Source: Gnetum montanum
Taxonomy: Eukaryota > Plantae > Gnetophyta
Assembly: GCA_015680685.1 (NCBI GenBank)
Contig: MNCI01001817.1
Span: 780,828-844,827 of the forward strand
Length of the DNA stretch: 64,000 bases
Direction of reading: 5' to 3'
A program made the translations under genes and the position numbers. Under the pieces are notes generated by a model that saw nothing but the letters and a program-made list of their open reading frames with translations, had not been told where the DNA came from and made no database searches. Shown here piece after piece: positions 23,300 to 36,329 of the stretch (the stretch's first letter is position 1; each line of letters starts with the position of its first letter).

Positions 23300-25631
23300 A
23301 AGGGAAAGTTCTTAGCAAAGAGGATTTTTCATAACCATTATGCTAGCATAGTACCAGCATCATGATGACCCTTCCAAGTACTATGGGAGGGCTACTAGAT
23401 GCTATATTCTTGTTGATGAAGAATGTGGCTGAGTCTTTCATTTACAATAATGTTGCATTATCCACAAAACATCAATTTTATAATTATGCTTGGTATGGGA
23501 CAAAGAAAATTTAATAGTATGATAGGGGCATGTAGGATGATGATTAAGCCTCTAATAAGTTTCGGGCTAATGTTGGAGTTTCTAGCCCTTATGATTTAGA
23601 GGAAGAGAACTTGATATTGGAAGCTATTATGTTGGAAAATAGGCTAGGAAAGCATAAGTTACTTTTATGTTTTTGTTTTATTCACATTTTATTTTATTTA
23701 TTTTTAGTTATATACTTATATGTTTTTGATTTTATGATTACATTAAGAACTACTTTGAAAGCCCGTAATAAAGTTGAAATGGAAGATTTGGCCAAGATAG
23801 AAGATAAAAGAAAAGCAAGAGAAGAAGCAAAACTTAAGGTGACAAAGGAAGCCAAAGCATAAGCATTGTTGTAAAAGGAAAGAAAAGCCACTGCATAAGC
23901 TATTAGAAGAGTTGAACAAGAGGATATAGCTAGAAGCTTGGTAGAGGAGAAGTCTCCTATAAAGTTAGATAATGATATAGGTGAGAATTCATGACCTAAC
24001 ATAGAATTAATAAGATGAAATAACATGGTTGATGAATTATTTAGAGATACATGACCTACCAAAGCCTAATAAACTATTAGCTAGTTATGCATGTCATGGT
24101 TTAGATGGTATAAATCAGAACATGGTAATGTCTCCTCGTTGATTCCCTAGGTTCTTACCCCCTAAGGATGAACCAATTTTTTATGAGACTAGAAGAAAAT
24201 GGCCTATGGAAAAACTAGCAAAGGAAGATAAGATTTTATTTGGTAAGTTAGTAGGTTTTACTTAAGGTTTTTTTATTTTTTTATTTTTATTTTTTTATTT
24301 TATTTAATTTTTATGATTTTTTAAATGATATTATTCATATTTACAAAGTTTAGAAAGATGGTTTGGAAAAGCATTGATAAGGAGGAGTTGATTAAGAGGA
24401 TGGTGAAAATCTTGATAGAGAAGGTAAGGGTCATAACAAATTTTGATAAGTTCATTTTATATTATTAATAATTGTGATAGTGATAATGGGTTACTATGTT
24501 ACTAAGATGATGAACAGTTTGTATTGTAGATGTATAGATTACAAATGACCTTGTCAAAGTATCACTTATGGATCTTAATTTTCAGGTTTTAGAATCTAAA
24601 CATCATGAATCTAGGAGAGGATCGATACTTCAGAAGGACATGGAGTAGATATGACTTCTCTTTCTATGATGCAAACTAATGCTAATGTTGGTTTAATGAT
24701 GGAGTTGGTGACCATGAAGAAAGATAAAAAGAAGTTCATGACATAGTTGACTTAACTACAAGAAGAGGTGGAGAATCTAAAAGCCAATGTGTATGGGAGT
24801 AAGATGGTACATCAAAATCCTATAGCTTCTTCCTACTTGCAATTGCATAACTTTGATAACTTCTTGGATCCTACACACACTATTCAATAGTAGAAGGTTT
24901 TGACCATGGAAAGGTTGAACACTAAAATAAAAGATAACTGCACTACGTAAGAATGTTGGGATTATTAGTAGAATAGGGGTAAACAATTCTATAAAATTAC
25001 AAGCTTTGATTCTTACAAAACAACTTAGAAATAGGCTACTAGAACAGTTAGAGATTTTTATTGATAGAGGAGATGGAAGTTGGTGAAGTGTTGAAAATCT
25101 TTGAGAAATGAATTTTTGTTTATTACAAAGAGATACAAAATCCATTTCTAGGATATACAAAGGAGAAGGATGATAAGGTTAAGAGAAGGCTAGTCTAGAT
25201 GAGCATTTAGTTATGTCCAAGATGCCTAATGTAAACCTAGATGATTTGGGATTAACCTTTCTCAACCTTGAAAAAAGCATAGAGAAGTTCATAGAGGAAT
25301 ATGGGTAGGTAGGAGTTGTTGAGGCATTAGCAACAAGACAAGAAAAAGGTGAAATGAGTCATGGTGATGCACCAATGGGTAAAAAAAAAAAGAAGTTTTG
25401 ATGGATAAGTTTATATTTATTTTCATGTTGATGTTTTAGAGTTTAGGTATATTAATAAATGTATTTATTTTATATTTTTATGTAATTTATTAATTTTTAT
25501 AATATTCATTAATTTTTACAAATGTGAATGCACCAGGAGCTTTAGGCAATGAAACCATGGAAGAAGATGATGTAGAAATGGTGGGAAAGATTTTTTCTAT
25601 TGATGGTTTAGACCCAAGTGGCATGGAGTAA
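23300..25631 (+). pseudogene. Decayed multi-exon gene (E/K-rich, coiled-coil) antisense to the adjacent old Tat gag-PR
   Basis: Purine-rich exon-like blocks separated by T-rich intron-like blocks. Donors G|GTAAGT (24243), AG|GTAAGG (24424), G|GTAAAA (25379); acceptors TTTAG (~24352), TTGTAG (24529), CACCAG (~25537). Last exon ...EEDDVEMVGKIFSIDGLDPSGME*. Confidence 0.55.
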
Positions 25632-25999
25632 TAAAGGATGAGATGTTAACTATGTTTTTGACTTTTACTATTTTGATAGATGCGAGGTATTTTTTTAGCA
25701 TGTACTTACATGGAAAATATGTTACAAGGATTAGTTTTTTATGGAATTTATGTTTTTATATGTTTATGATTTCATAGTTTTATGTTTTAAAATTTTTTTA
25801 TTCTGAAACTAATTTAAATGACTAACTAAAATGAATGAATCTAAACATGCTTAAAGAGATGACTAAGTAATAAAATAAAAAATAAAGGAACTCTAGATTA
25901 AGAGAGTATTAAATAGTGGGAGATGATATGAAATAAAAGAAGTAAGAAAATAACATAAAATGACTAAAATTGCTAAAAATAATAATGCTTTTAAAAAGT

Positions 26000-28400
26000 T
26001 AAGTATTAGACAAAGAAATAAAAAGCAAAAGGGAATACAGTTTTTAGGGTGACTACATCTTAGTGATGGCTTTTCTAGCCTACAATATAGAGTATTTAAC
26101 ATCCTTAATGGATTCAATGATGTCTAAATCCTTGAATTCTGTGTATGCAAACTTGTATGCATTAGATGACCATGGGATGCTAGCATCAAACTCTTTTGTT
26201 TCTTCTAATTATGAAATTTGTCCTACTAATGCAAGTTGGGATCCTAGGTTAGTTTTCTCTTAAACATTAACACAGGAGATAGTAGAGACTTTGGACTTTG
26301 CATGTATGACTACTTCCCTATTCTTACATGAGAAATTTACTTCTTAGTTTACTAGTGAGGAAACTATGTGATGACAAGCTAACTAGGAACTTTTTAGAAT
26401 GACATTGATACTAGATGAGTCTCTAATTATTGTAAAAATAGCCTCAAATGTAATACAACTTCCTACCAAAAAAGTAAACTTTATCACACATATAATATCT
26501 ATTCTAGCCTCACAAATTAAAATAGGAGAAGAGTTATAGTTAAAATATATTATTTATTTTTTGTGGTTGAGGCACTCTATGATAGTCCATGATATGATGT
26601 TGGATTTGGCTCCTTCATCCACATACATCAAGGGTAGCAAAACATTATCCTTGTCCTATATGATAATATAGATGGATAGTTGACACATGATATCCATTGT
26701 TGGATGAGTCTTGATGTTCTTCACTTTGAACACCAAGAATTATACCTCATATTATGAAGCATTGAGCACTAATAAAATGGCTTGAACATGAGGTTCAATG
26801 TTGGCTAGTACAATGATGGATTTCAGAAGGTCCTCCAACATCAAGTGATGCTTCTTTGAAGTTAAAATAAGATCAAAAAGGTAGAGATTCATCCCATTTG
26901 ACTTCATTGTTGGGGGTAATATAATGCAATGCTTTTCCTCTAGGTATTACATCTTTGGAGATGGATGTTAGAGGAAACACATCTAATGTAAAAGTAGTCG
27001 ATGTAGTCACCAAAGCAAGAGTAGGTATGTTTGGTATAGCTTGGAATAAGAATTTATTCTTGGTGTAGACAAGTTGTTTGTTTGCTTGTTCATTCTTTGT
27101 CTCTTTGTCATTGGATGCTAATTCATTTTGAGACCTAGTAAGAAACCTGATATATGGTAAAGGAGTAGGAAGTAGTGGTGATTCTTATGAACTGAATGAC
27201 AAAGAAGGATGAGATGGTACAGGTAAAACATATGGTAAGATAGGGGAATAATTAGTAGGCCTAGATGATGTTGGTAAAGCTAACCAATTTTTGGAGAGGA
27301 AGAAGAATAATTAATTGTGGAATTTAAGTGTGTAGGAGCTACATCATAAAAGGCATCATGTTAATGATAACTAGAGCCCTGCATACACTTTGAGTTATGG
27401 AAACATTGTGGTTATTTGAGAGAAGATTAATGAAAAAATACATTTTAAGCCTTAGTGGATTCTAATGGATAGATGGTTGGGAATTATTTTAGAAGGGTCC
27501 TATTTAAATTAAAAAGGATGTTTTGGGATGGTTATCTTTGTGTGTCAAGTGGAATGTAGATATCCTTCTTAAGTGAATGTTCAATGGATCTTGAAAGATT
27601 TACATATCTTAGTTACTACACTATATTAACGTATTCAAAACTATCTCACCTTTTTTCACTAGCACCTAGACATCATCCTTAAGGGTATTTTAATTGTTAG
27701 TATCATGTCCTGTAGGCTCATGGCAATAGTAGAACTTGTTAAAATTATACCAATTTAGGACCAATTGATCTCCTTCCATACATTCTGAAGCATAAGTTAC
27801 TAAAATATCCAAGTATCTAAATAGTGCTCTTTTCTACTTTTAGACTTTTTTTAGGGTTATGTGTCCCTCTCTCAATAACATGTTATATAGTTGAATATAG
27901 ATAATCTAAAATTTATGATATTTGGATTTATCCTTAGGTAGTCTCCTTTGCAAGTCCCCATTTCATGAAGTTTACCTAGTACCATTAGGCTTTGGATTGG
28001 TGTTCCCATTTCCTTTACTTATTGATAATAATTCTAATGATTCTTACTTCACTAAGGCCATCAATTACCTTGTCTTCTAGGAGAATTTTCCCTTGCTAGT
28101 TGCCTTGTTATCCTTGTTATAGAAGTTCATCCATTTCAGATCATTATATTGAGTGGAAACCTCCTTAATGTATCAGCTAAAGTAATAGTATGATGGAGGC
28201 TATGTGGCCCAGGGTATACTAGCTTACCTCTGATGTAATCATTGATAACTCCCTTAAAAAATTCCTATAATTGATGACCAAGTAGTGGATTGGTGAGCTT
28301 CATTGGAATTGAAGTCCATCTAGAGATGAACTTTGAGATAGAATCATTGAGAGCCTAATTAATTGCTAAGAGCTTTTGTAGTATGTCACATTTACTAATC
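26000..28400 (-). mobile_element. gag: Old, diverged Tat-clade gag-protease remnant related to the 5075-8689 ORF
   Basis: Minus-strand translations FYYCHEPTGHDTNN*NTLKDDV*VLVKKGEIVL (~27640-27735), LYLFDLILTSKKH (~26850-26887) and MYVDEGAKSNII (~26592-26627) match FCEYRQWCGHRTDCCFTLKQDIQRMIDKGEIVF, LSLYDLVMTSLVH and MHVDDGVATSVI. Confidence 0.75.
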
Positions 28401-29099
28401 TTATATTAGAATCACTCCACAAAGATTATGAAGTATAACACCCTAATAACCAATCTTAGGCTAGGAAGACATTACTTATATAAAGAACTTAAACATTGAA
28501 AAAATAAAATGTTGCTTAATAAAATTAAATGGATGCCAAGAAAATTGAATAGATAAAATAATAGACCTTAATAATTAAGCAAGTGCATAGGGGCAAGAAA
28601 AATATATAGAAAAATGTAGAAACATTATAAAACAATGACAATAGGCTCTTACATATCAAACCTAACTGTTTAGTACCAAAAATAGGATGAAATCTATTCT
28701 TCAAGCTAGAAATTAACAATTACAGACATATAAGAATAATTGTTAAAATTAACTTATGAATGATCAAATAAGAATAGGAGACAAACAACGTGATCCAAAA
28801 TTATATAATAAATATGAAACTAAAAGTACATTTTCATCAAATAAGGCATTGGACTCTAATGTTGCATAACTATGACTGATAAAAGAATACTAAATCACAT
28901 AGCATAACTAAAGTCCAAATTTGAGCTGGCCTACATTTAAGATAGGTAGAAATACAACATAAATCTCACATATCTTAAATCCATAAATCTAGTTGAATAC
29001 TACATCATAAAATCAAACTTAAACTGGAATAATAAAACTAACTAAACTTTCTAAAAAATAAAAATTAATCATTAGCTCCATGTATGAATTATATTCTAA

Positions 29100-29900
29100 T
29101 TGAACTATGGGATTTCCAAGTAACTATCCTCTTAATTATCTTCCTCAATTCTTAAAAAATTATTAACTACTCTTCAAATAGTACTAGGAGTATGTAAGTA
29201 ATAAATAGCATACTGGTGCCAATCAACATTAAGCCCAAGCTCTTCATGAAAGGATTCAAGTATAGCCTTAATTACTTTGGCTTCTAACATTGAGGCTTTC
29301 ATGGTGAGCATGGTATCATCAACATAATGATTAAGTAGACTTCTAATATCAAATAGTTGGATTCCTCTCACCCCAAATATTTCCAAATAAGTCTGGAAGA
29401 TGTCCATAGTGATAATGAAAAGATAGGATGATAATAGATCTTCTTGTCTTAATCCACACTGTGGAACAAAATACCTCTTAAATTTCCATTAATATCCAAT
29501 TAATTTACTTCTATTTTTTGGATGTTTATGCAAAGTAATATAAATTTTTTTCACAACATAATTTGCTAAAGGACCTTCCATGAAATACAATCATATACGT
29601 TAGTTATATCAAGTTTAATGAACATATATTAGAATTTAAGTATCATAATTGAGTGACCAAGCTCTTGATTGAGAATAATATAGCCTTAGATTAGATGTCC
29701 TTAAAAAAACCTATCTTTACGATCTCCTATCAACTCATTCATCATGGATGATAAGCGACTCATGAACTTCAAGAAAATTCTTAGTAGGATGTTGCAAACT
29801 CCAATTGATCTATAATGAGAAGATGTACAAAGATCATATTTTTAGGAGATAAGGATTAGCTTAGAACAACTAATTTTCCTATGAACCTATCTCCATTTGA
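29100..29900 (-). mobile_element. LINE (L1-type) RT fragment
   Basis: FIKLDITNVYD (~29595-29625), GLRQEDLLSSYLFII (~29410-29457), YVDDTML. Confidence 0.8.
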
Positions 29901-29903
29901 GCA

Positions 29904-32900
29904 TGATATTGAAGATGGTGAGAAGCTCCCTTGGATTCTATAATCCAAGCTCACTCAAAATGCAAAGATCCAACACAACTCATAATTAAACAAGAAAAAG
30001 TTTACCTAAAAGAAAAGAGATAAAATGCACAAATGGAAGCAATCCACTCCCAAGAATAAACAATTAATTAATAAAACTCTCATTCCACTCTCATAATATA
30101 AGAACCATAAAAAAGATGATCACTTAATCACAATATTCAAAAAGAGCACACACTCACTCTGTCAAGCTAATAAGGCACACAATGATGCAAATGATATGTG
30201 ATATACTTCTTTGGGCTATGGTCATTCTTTGATAAGCTTAGGAAAGATCCTTGAGCTTTCCTAATGATTGGTATTTCCGTTAAAAATTACACCCTTTTTG
30301 AAAAATTAATTTTCTTCAAGCTATGAGTATCTATAGCTTGCAGCCACTTTGCACTTACTACCCTATGATTGGATTATGACTTGAATTCTTTCATACTAGT
30401 GAAATTTAAAATATTTTCTTCTCTATTTATCATTAAATTATGACTAACGTTGGCTTGCAATTTTAAATTGTGACCTTACTATAGCTTGCAAGGGCTTGGA
30501 ACACACTATTTGACTTAAGAAACATTAAATTTTTTACATTTGCAAAAAATTGTGGCTCACTGAAACTCATAAAAACTCATAATTGTAGACTATGACTAAC
30601 TACAACCCATAGTCAAGCCACAATTGCCTACTCAAATAGGAACACAAACTCAAATGAATTCAAATTAACTTTAAAATATAAACACATAACTCATATGATT
30701 CCTAGGATACATTGAGAATACCAATTACATCAAGAACATGGGTTGATATTTTCATCATCTCCCTCACCCTTAAAAATATACTTATGTCAATTGGGAAATA
30801 CACTTTGAATAGCATCAAACCCCCATAAACTAAAATCATCTTCATAAATCTATATGGCATTGTTAGGTCCTCCATCACTCTAATGCATCAAGTGCTCATG
30901 CATCTTCATGCATCTTATGTCCCTTGCCTCTCTTACTTTCAATACAATTAGCTTCCTTGATGAATTCAATAAAGTTTGACATTTAATTACATCCTTAAGG
31001 ACTTCAAGACTATCCTCCAAATTTGATGCAATATCATTGTCATGATAAGGACTCAATTCTAAAACATTACAAACAAAAGAAATAAAAAATCATTATGTAA
31101 ATCAATCTTAAAGATTTTAGTCATAATTTTGAATGGATAATTTCTTCTTGATTTGAGCTTTTAAAAATGCACATTTATCTATCTTTCTTTGCTCAAATGA
31201 ATTTACACAAAGTCCCTAACTTCAAATTCAACTTTCTTGTTATCTTCATTGGCCTTAAAATACCATATCCTTGGTCTTCTTCTCCAAGTGATCTTTAACG
31301 TCTTGATGAAATCACTTCATTTTCTTAACAAAATCAGTACTTATGAAGACAAAAACATTAAATTTCTTACATTCATTAACCATCTTGGATGTGAAATCAT
31401 AGTTTTCAATAAATGAACTCTTACTAATGTTAATATGAAATGCATTGTTGTATGAAAATTTGGCATGATCCAACATATTCTCTCATCTTTGATATTGATC
31501 TTTATATAAGCATCTAAGAATCTTCAAGAAAGATCTATTAACAACTTTAGTTTGTCCATCAGTTTAAGGATGATAGACTATAGAGAATGAAAACTTTGGT
31601 ACCAATAATTTCCAAAGAAATCTCTAAAAATGACTTGTGAACTTAACATTCTTATTGCTTACAATGTTCAATGCAATACAATATAATTTGACAACATGCT
31701 AAAAGAATAGATGAGCAACATGAAAAAACATTACTACTCCTCCTACATGGAATAAAATGAGTCATCTTTGTAAATCTATCTAATAAAGGAATAGAATCAT
31801 TACAAGATCTTGTTCTTCAAACACCATAAACAATATCCAAAGAAACACTTTTTTCAAGGAGCATTTCAAATCCGTAATGACATATAGTGTCCATCAATAG
31901 TTATGTTCTTTTAAAGAAATAACATTTCTTTAAACATTTAACATCTCTATACATACCTAGCTAAAAATAATTTTTACTCACCAATTTTAATGTCTTTGTC
32001 TTATTCATATGTCTAGCCATGTTGCTATTACGCTTTTTCTTCTAAAATCTTAAATCTAAAGTCACAAATTGGAACATAAACTTTGTCATTCTTCAAAAGA
32101 ATACAATGTTGAATATGGTAAATCTTCCATTTATCATTTCATCCTAATATAGAATTCAAATCTTTCCATACATCACAAATATCAATATCATTTGGATACA
32201 ATTTGGTAAAAGAGTCAAAGCTATTAATCTCAACATAAGAATGAACAACATGAATTCTAAATAAAGCATCAGTAACCATATTTTGATTTACCACACCTAT
32301 GTTTTAAGACAAAATGAAATTCTTGAAGTTGCTCAACCCATTTCATATGTTTAGCACTTAGTTTCTTTTGAGAATTCAAAAACTAAACTGTTCTATGAGC
32401 AATAAGCAAAAAATTAAAAAATAAATGAAAATAGCCCCTAACAAATAATTTCTTCAATAGTTGATTTCTTGAAGTATGACATATAGCTCTTTCTCATATA
32501 TACTATACTTTTTCCTGGACTCATTTAAATTTTTAGGAAAAAATTTATAATGGGTTTACCCTCTTGTGAAAGCACACCGCTAATAATAAGTCCACTTTCA
32601 TCCACCTCAACTTCAAAAACTATGAAGAGAATTAAAATTATCAAAACTAGGGCACTATGAATTTTTTCCTTCAAAGCTAGAAATGATTTCTCTTATGCAT
32701 CATTCCACAAAAAAGCTAGATTCTTCTTTAACCAAAATAACATAGATAATGTAATAGAACTTAAATTTATAATAAATCTCCTATAGAAACCACCTAAACC
32801 AAGAAAATATCTAACCTCTCCCATATCTTTAGGTATTCCATGCTTGCCTTGATCTTTTCTAGCTCTATGCTAACTTGATTCTTGAAGAAAGCATGAGCAA

Positions 32901-33625
32901 AATAAATAATTTCTTATTCATAAAATGATATTTCTTGACATTAATAACCAATTAAGCTTTCATTAAAGCTCTAGTTCTAATAAAGCTCCTCATTAGTATA
33001 AACTTCCTATGGCTTTGAGAAAATCAGTACTCCTCCTAGACATCCTCACCTTGTTCTTGTGAAAGCTGGATAATAAACAACCTTTAACTTCATTGTTTCT
33101 TCTGGAAATTAAACAAATATTTTTTCTCCAATGCCCAATTTTTAATAAATCTTTTAACTCTTCATAGTCTATTTTTTAGAAAATTCCAAACATTTATATG
33201 TAAGTAACATTCTTGCCAAATTCTCTTCATTTTCTTCCTCAAACTTGATCTCCGTAACCAAAATTTTTCTAGCCTAAAGAAAGGATGGCCATCCTCCAAG
33301 ATTCCTATAGATAGTAGCCATGGAAGATTGTCAAATGTTCTTCTATCGAGAGCCATCAAGAAGAAATTTACATTTTTCATCAAATCAGCAACTACCCAAG
33401 CTTAATTAATCCATGGCATGACTCTCATCTCCTTTCCTTCAATTACTTCAAGTTACATTTGTGGAGCTAAAGGTCAATCAAGAAAAAGTTATCCATAAAC
33501 TGATGCATCAATTCTATGCCTATAGAAGGGTTGTATTCTCCTCCCCACTTCTCCCAATCAAAACGATTATGGTTGATATCTCCCATAATTATCCACTTTC
33601 TACTATCCTAAATCACTTGAGTAGC
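29904..33625 (-). mobile_element. Chromovirus (CRM-like) Gypsy remnant, 3' part: RT end, RH, INT, PPT, 3' LTR (~30757-29904)
   Basis: GEVRYFLGLGGFYRRFI (~32775-32825), FEVEVDESG...GVLSQEGKPI (~32550-32620), YHP*TDGQTKVVNR (~31535-31580). Minus-strand GAGGGAGA|TGATG at 30757; LTR ends ...AATATCA at 29904. Confidence 0.65.
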
Positions 33626-34405
33626 TAATGAGTGGCAAGGTACCCCTACACTCAACCATACGAATATGAACATTTCACACATGATCCAGTTAAACTCCAA
33701 GGAGTAAGTGCTTACACACCTTAATGGAACACTCAGAGTTAATTAATCGTTGTCTTCCCAAACTTACTTGTATTGTCACAATTGTATGGTTAAGTAAGCT
33801 TGAGGCATATGGTTTTTATAACTTTTATCTTTTTGGTGTCTTATGCTAATAAGGGAAAGGGAAAGAGAACTAAGTGACTAACTTACCTTAACTATTCATT
33901 AACTACTTTCTAATTGTCCTAACACCAGTATCTGTTCCTACTTGTCATACACATCTTGAACCAGTGCAACATTGCTAGGATTACCAAACACTAATTGTTA
34001 CTGGGTTACCAAGCGCTACATGCATGCTCAAAGTGGTCGTACTAAGTGCACTTAACTATGAGGATCAAGGGTTGAGAGAGATATTAATTAACTAGGAAAG
34101 CATTAAACATTCAACAATAATTAATTACTTATTAGCTTAGTCCGTATGCTGCAAGGTTTATCATAAATTTCATCTTTATTGACGTACACAAATGTGTGCT
34201 CAGGTACAATTTTCTCGAATAAAGATCCATTCACTCTATGACTCCTACTGCAGGCACACAGAAATTATTCTAACTCTGGAATGGTAAAACTACAAGAGTT
34301 TGGCTAAGGGTCTAAGTCTAACTATCGGGAACAAAGGTCACCGCCTCTTATTTATAGAAGATGGGGCAGGATGCGATATCGCATACACGATATTGCAACT
34401 CATCA
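33626..34405 (-). repeat. Athila 3' LTR
   Basis: Direct repeat of 42564-43339; terminal TG has decayed to TA on the + strand. Confidence 0.93.
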
Positions 34406-36329
34406 TACCCGCATGACTGAATGAAAACTCTTCCTCAAGTTTCTCACAAAATATTGGGAAGGTATGGGATTATTGACTTGAATGACACTAGTGGTAAATG
34501 GGGTGACATGTGAACGGATCAACATTACAATACATGGCAACATTAGTGTTCATGACCACAAGAGTGAACACTATGTACATTTAACATCTAGCCTTATTTG
34601 GCAACTAAGAGAGAAGAGAGAAGAGAAATAGTCTATTGCAATCAATGCCAAGATTGCACTTTCCGTTGGCCATCCATAAGTGTGCCATCAATCTCATTCC
34701 TTGCATGAATTTTCCAGCACCAGTCCATCCTAAGTGTTTCATCCAGATCTAGTCCATTGTTGTATGATTTCCATCTACACACACAATACAGTCTCATATT
34801 AGCAAGGATAAATAAATCACAATGCAGTTGATACCTTTCCTTGATATAATGTCCATTGGCTGAGTTGTGATATGGCTAATATGGATTCTGGAGATATAAC
34901 ACTGGTGACTACCCAAGGTGTAGGGGTTAGGAGAAAATTGAAAAAATTGGACCAGGACCCCCGTGACTAAGAGCAATCCTCTGGTAGTGATAGAATGGAA
35001 AAAGATAAAGAATAAGAAAGATGGAGAAAAAGAAACAACAACAACGCCGATAAAATGGATGTCAAAGGTGGGAATGAACAAAACAAATGTTGATTACAGA
35101 AATGTTTAAGGGAAAGAAGTTAACTGATGCACCAAATAGGAATGCTAGTGGGTACTCCCCAAAGCAGGCTCATGCCTTTTATGCTCTGACAAACCCACAT
35201 TCAAAGAGTCCGTAGGCTCTAGAAATGTTGTTTGGAAGCAAGAGTTAAAGTCTTAACCACAAGAATTTACCAAAAATAAAATAAAGCATCAACCAAAATA
35301 TAGACTGCCGATATAACTAGCAATGAGGTGGAGAATGGAGAAAAAATTATGGAAAGAAGAGAATGGAATGGAGTCCCAAGAACAAGGTGGTGTACAGCCC
35401 CTAGTGTATTTATGGTTAATGTGACTTAGTAGATCTCATTCCAAATCCAGCCTCAAACAATCCACATCCAGTGACTTCACATTAATACACTTGGCCAATC
35501 CATCCACTTGAAGTAACATGAATGCTTCTACCAAAGAGTCACCACCATTCCGAGAAAACAAGAAAGGGAAAAGTAGGAAGCGAGGAAGCGAGGAAGGGCC
35601 TTAGTTAGAGGAAACATGTTTGTTTAGTTCCATAACCAATTCTTGTAGCCCAGATGATTATTTTATCTAAGGGGTGTGCTTTGAATTCTCACTTCTTATT
35701 TTTTTACGTGAGAACCACACCATGCAAAGACTTATTATTTTTATTAGCTCAGCTTCCCGATAATGGAGGAATGACAGAATGGTAAGGAAAACTCAAGAAG
35801 AAAACATCCAAGCGCCCAAGAGAATGGCTAGCATAAATGCATCAAATCCCCTTGAAGTCACACCCTTTTCAATCCTTCAGTCCTTCCTCAGTTTGAGAAA
35901 TACCCAGCCACCAATTCGTTAATAGTTTCATTGTTAAGAAAGGGATCGTACAATTCCAAGCCAAGAGAGAAGATAGAAATTTATGAATGCATGGATGACA
36001 TGGAATCATTGCCTATTATATCACAAGAACCATACCTTAGTATCAACATTATAACTCCAAGGTAAAAATCAAAAATTAGCAATCAATACAATATAGTTCA
36101 TACCACCATCAGGAGCACTTATTAGGTGACGAACCTAACAAAACAAACAAACACACAAAGAAATGAAAGAGTATAAACGATGTTGTAAAATAAAAACAAG
36201 AAAAGTTAAAGATATTTTTAAAACAAAAATGTGTAAAAAAAAACTTAAAAATGAATTGAGGGCCTTAATTGATCAGCAGATGTGGTCATCTCCCCCATGA
36301 CTGAGTTAGGAGGAGGAGATCTAAAATAA

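Noticed and set aside
34794-35081. Hydrophobic ORF as Athila env
   Set aside because: Short, low-complexity, and has no env-like motifs.
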